Assembly (NCBI GenBank): GCA_048128005.1
Contig: JBEUKZ010000019.1
Coordinates: 620,001 to 684,000 of the forward strand
Source: Veleropilina oligotropha
Lineage: Eukaryota
Direction: 5' to 3'
Length of the DNA stretch: 64,000 bases
A program made the position numbers and the translations under genes. A model generated the notes under the pieces. The model ran no database searches. It worked only from the letters and a program-made list of their open reading frames with translations, and was not told the origin of the DNA. Below are positions 63,385-64,000 of this stretch, piece by piece (position 1 is the first letter of the stretch; each line of letters opens with the position of its first letter).

Positions 63385-64000
63385 ATGAGGTTTTAATGTA
63401 AACCTAATATTAGTATAAAACATACTTACGTCCTTACTCTTGCCATAATAGTATATTATCGCCCAAACCGGAAATGGTGAATATGTCCCATAATGCACCG
63501 TTAATAAGCCAAAAAAGCACACGGTTACCTCCCCTGCTCCTACCCACCACGTTCCCTAGCGAGACTTCGCCAAGTCTCGTGAGACTTCTGAACAATAGAA
63601 GTCACATGACATCAATTCAAAGTTCAAAAACCACAAAGGAACGTAGTAGAGGGGAGGAATGCGAAACGCAGGGTGGGTAATCGTGTAAGGACGTAAGTAT
63701 GTTTTATACTAATATTAGGTTTACATTAAAACCTCATATATAGTTACAAACATACTTACGTCCTTACTCTTGCCAGAATAACCTTGGATAGGTGGGTAAG
63801 ACGTTCCTTACAACAAACCCAAACAAGATAATGACTTACTTTTCACCAATTCGATCAGCATGAAGCGTCGAGTGTGTCCGCCTAGAGTGGAATTTTTACT
63901 GAGTATTATATTCTACTCTTACCAGGCGAGAATTTCGACCAGTGTTACCGGGAGAATACGCCGTGGTGTTAGTCGGACGAGGTGAACGGAAGTGCAATCA
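63385..64000 (-). mobile_element. 3' end (ITR, ICR, 3' UTR) of a further DIRS copy closely related to 46767-54162; runs off the window
   Basis: Starts atgaggttttaa; colinear with 46767-47378; ICR at ~63685-63775. Confidence 0.93.

Overview
AT-rich animal genomic DNA, probably a marine invertebrate such as a mollusc (inferred from the repeat repertoire). It holds the 3' parts of two convergent intron-rich host genes. On + are six exons of a FAM120A/C-like gene (6214-27081). On - are three exons of EEF1AKMT2/METTL10 (63037-43698). The introns and intergenic space are packed with nested mobile DNA: a frameshifted hAT element with 5-bp TSDs and two non-autonomous elements with the same TSD length, Tc1 and piggyBac remnants, Helentron-associated (HINE-like) elements, two LINE fragments and three minisatellites. 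Four DIRS-type tyrosine-recombinase retrotransposons lie inside EEF1AKMT2; one is full-length with identical ITRs and an ICR. The most unusual signals are (1) a ~33-copy 34-bp array whose unit is a complete copy of the 3' splice site of a FAM120 exon, and (2) an extra covarying stem in the DIRS 3' terminus. All calls were made by eye, with no database searches.
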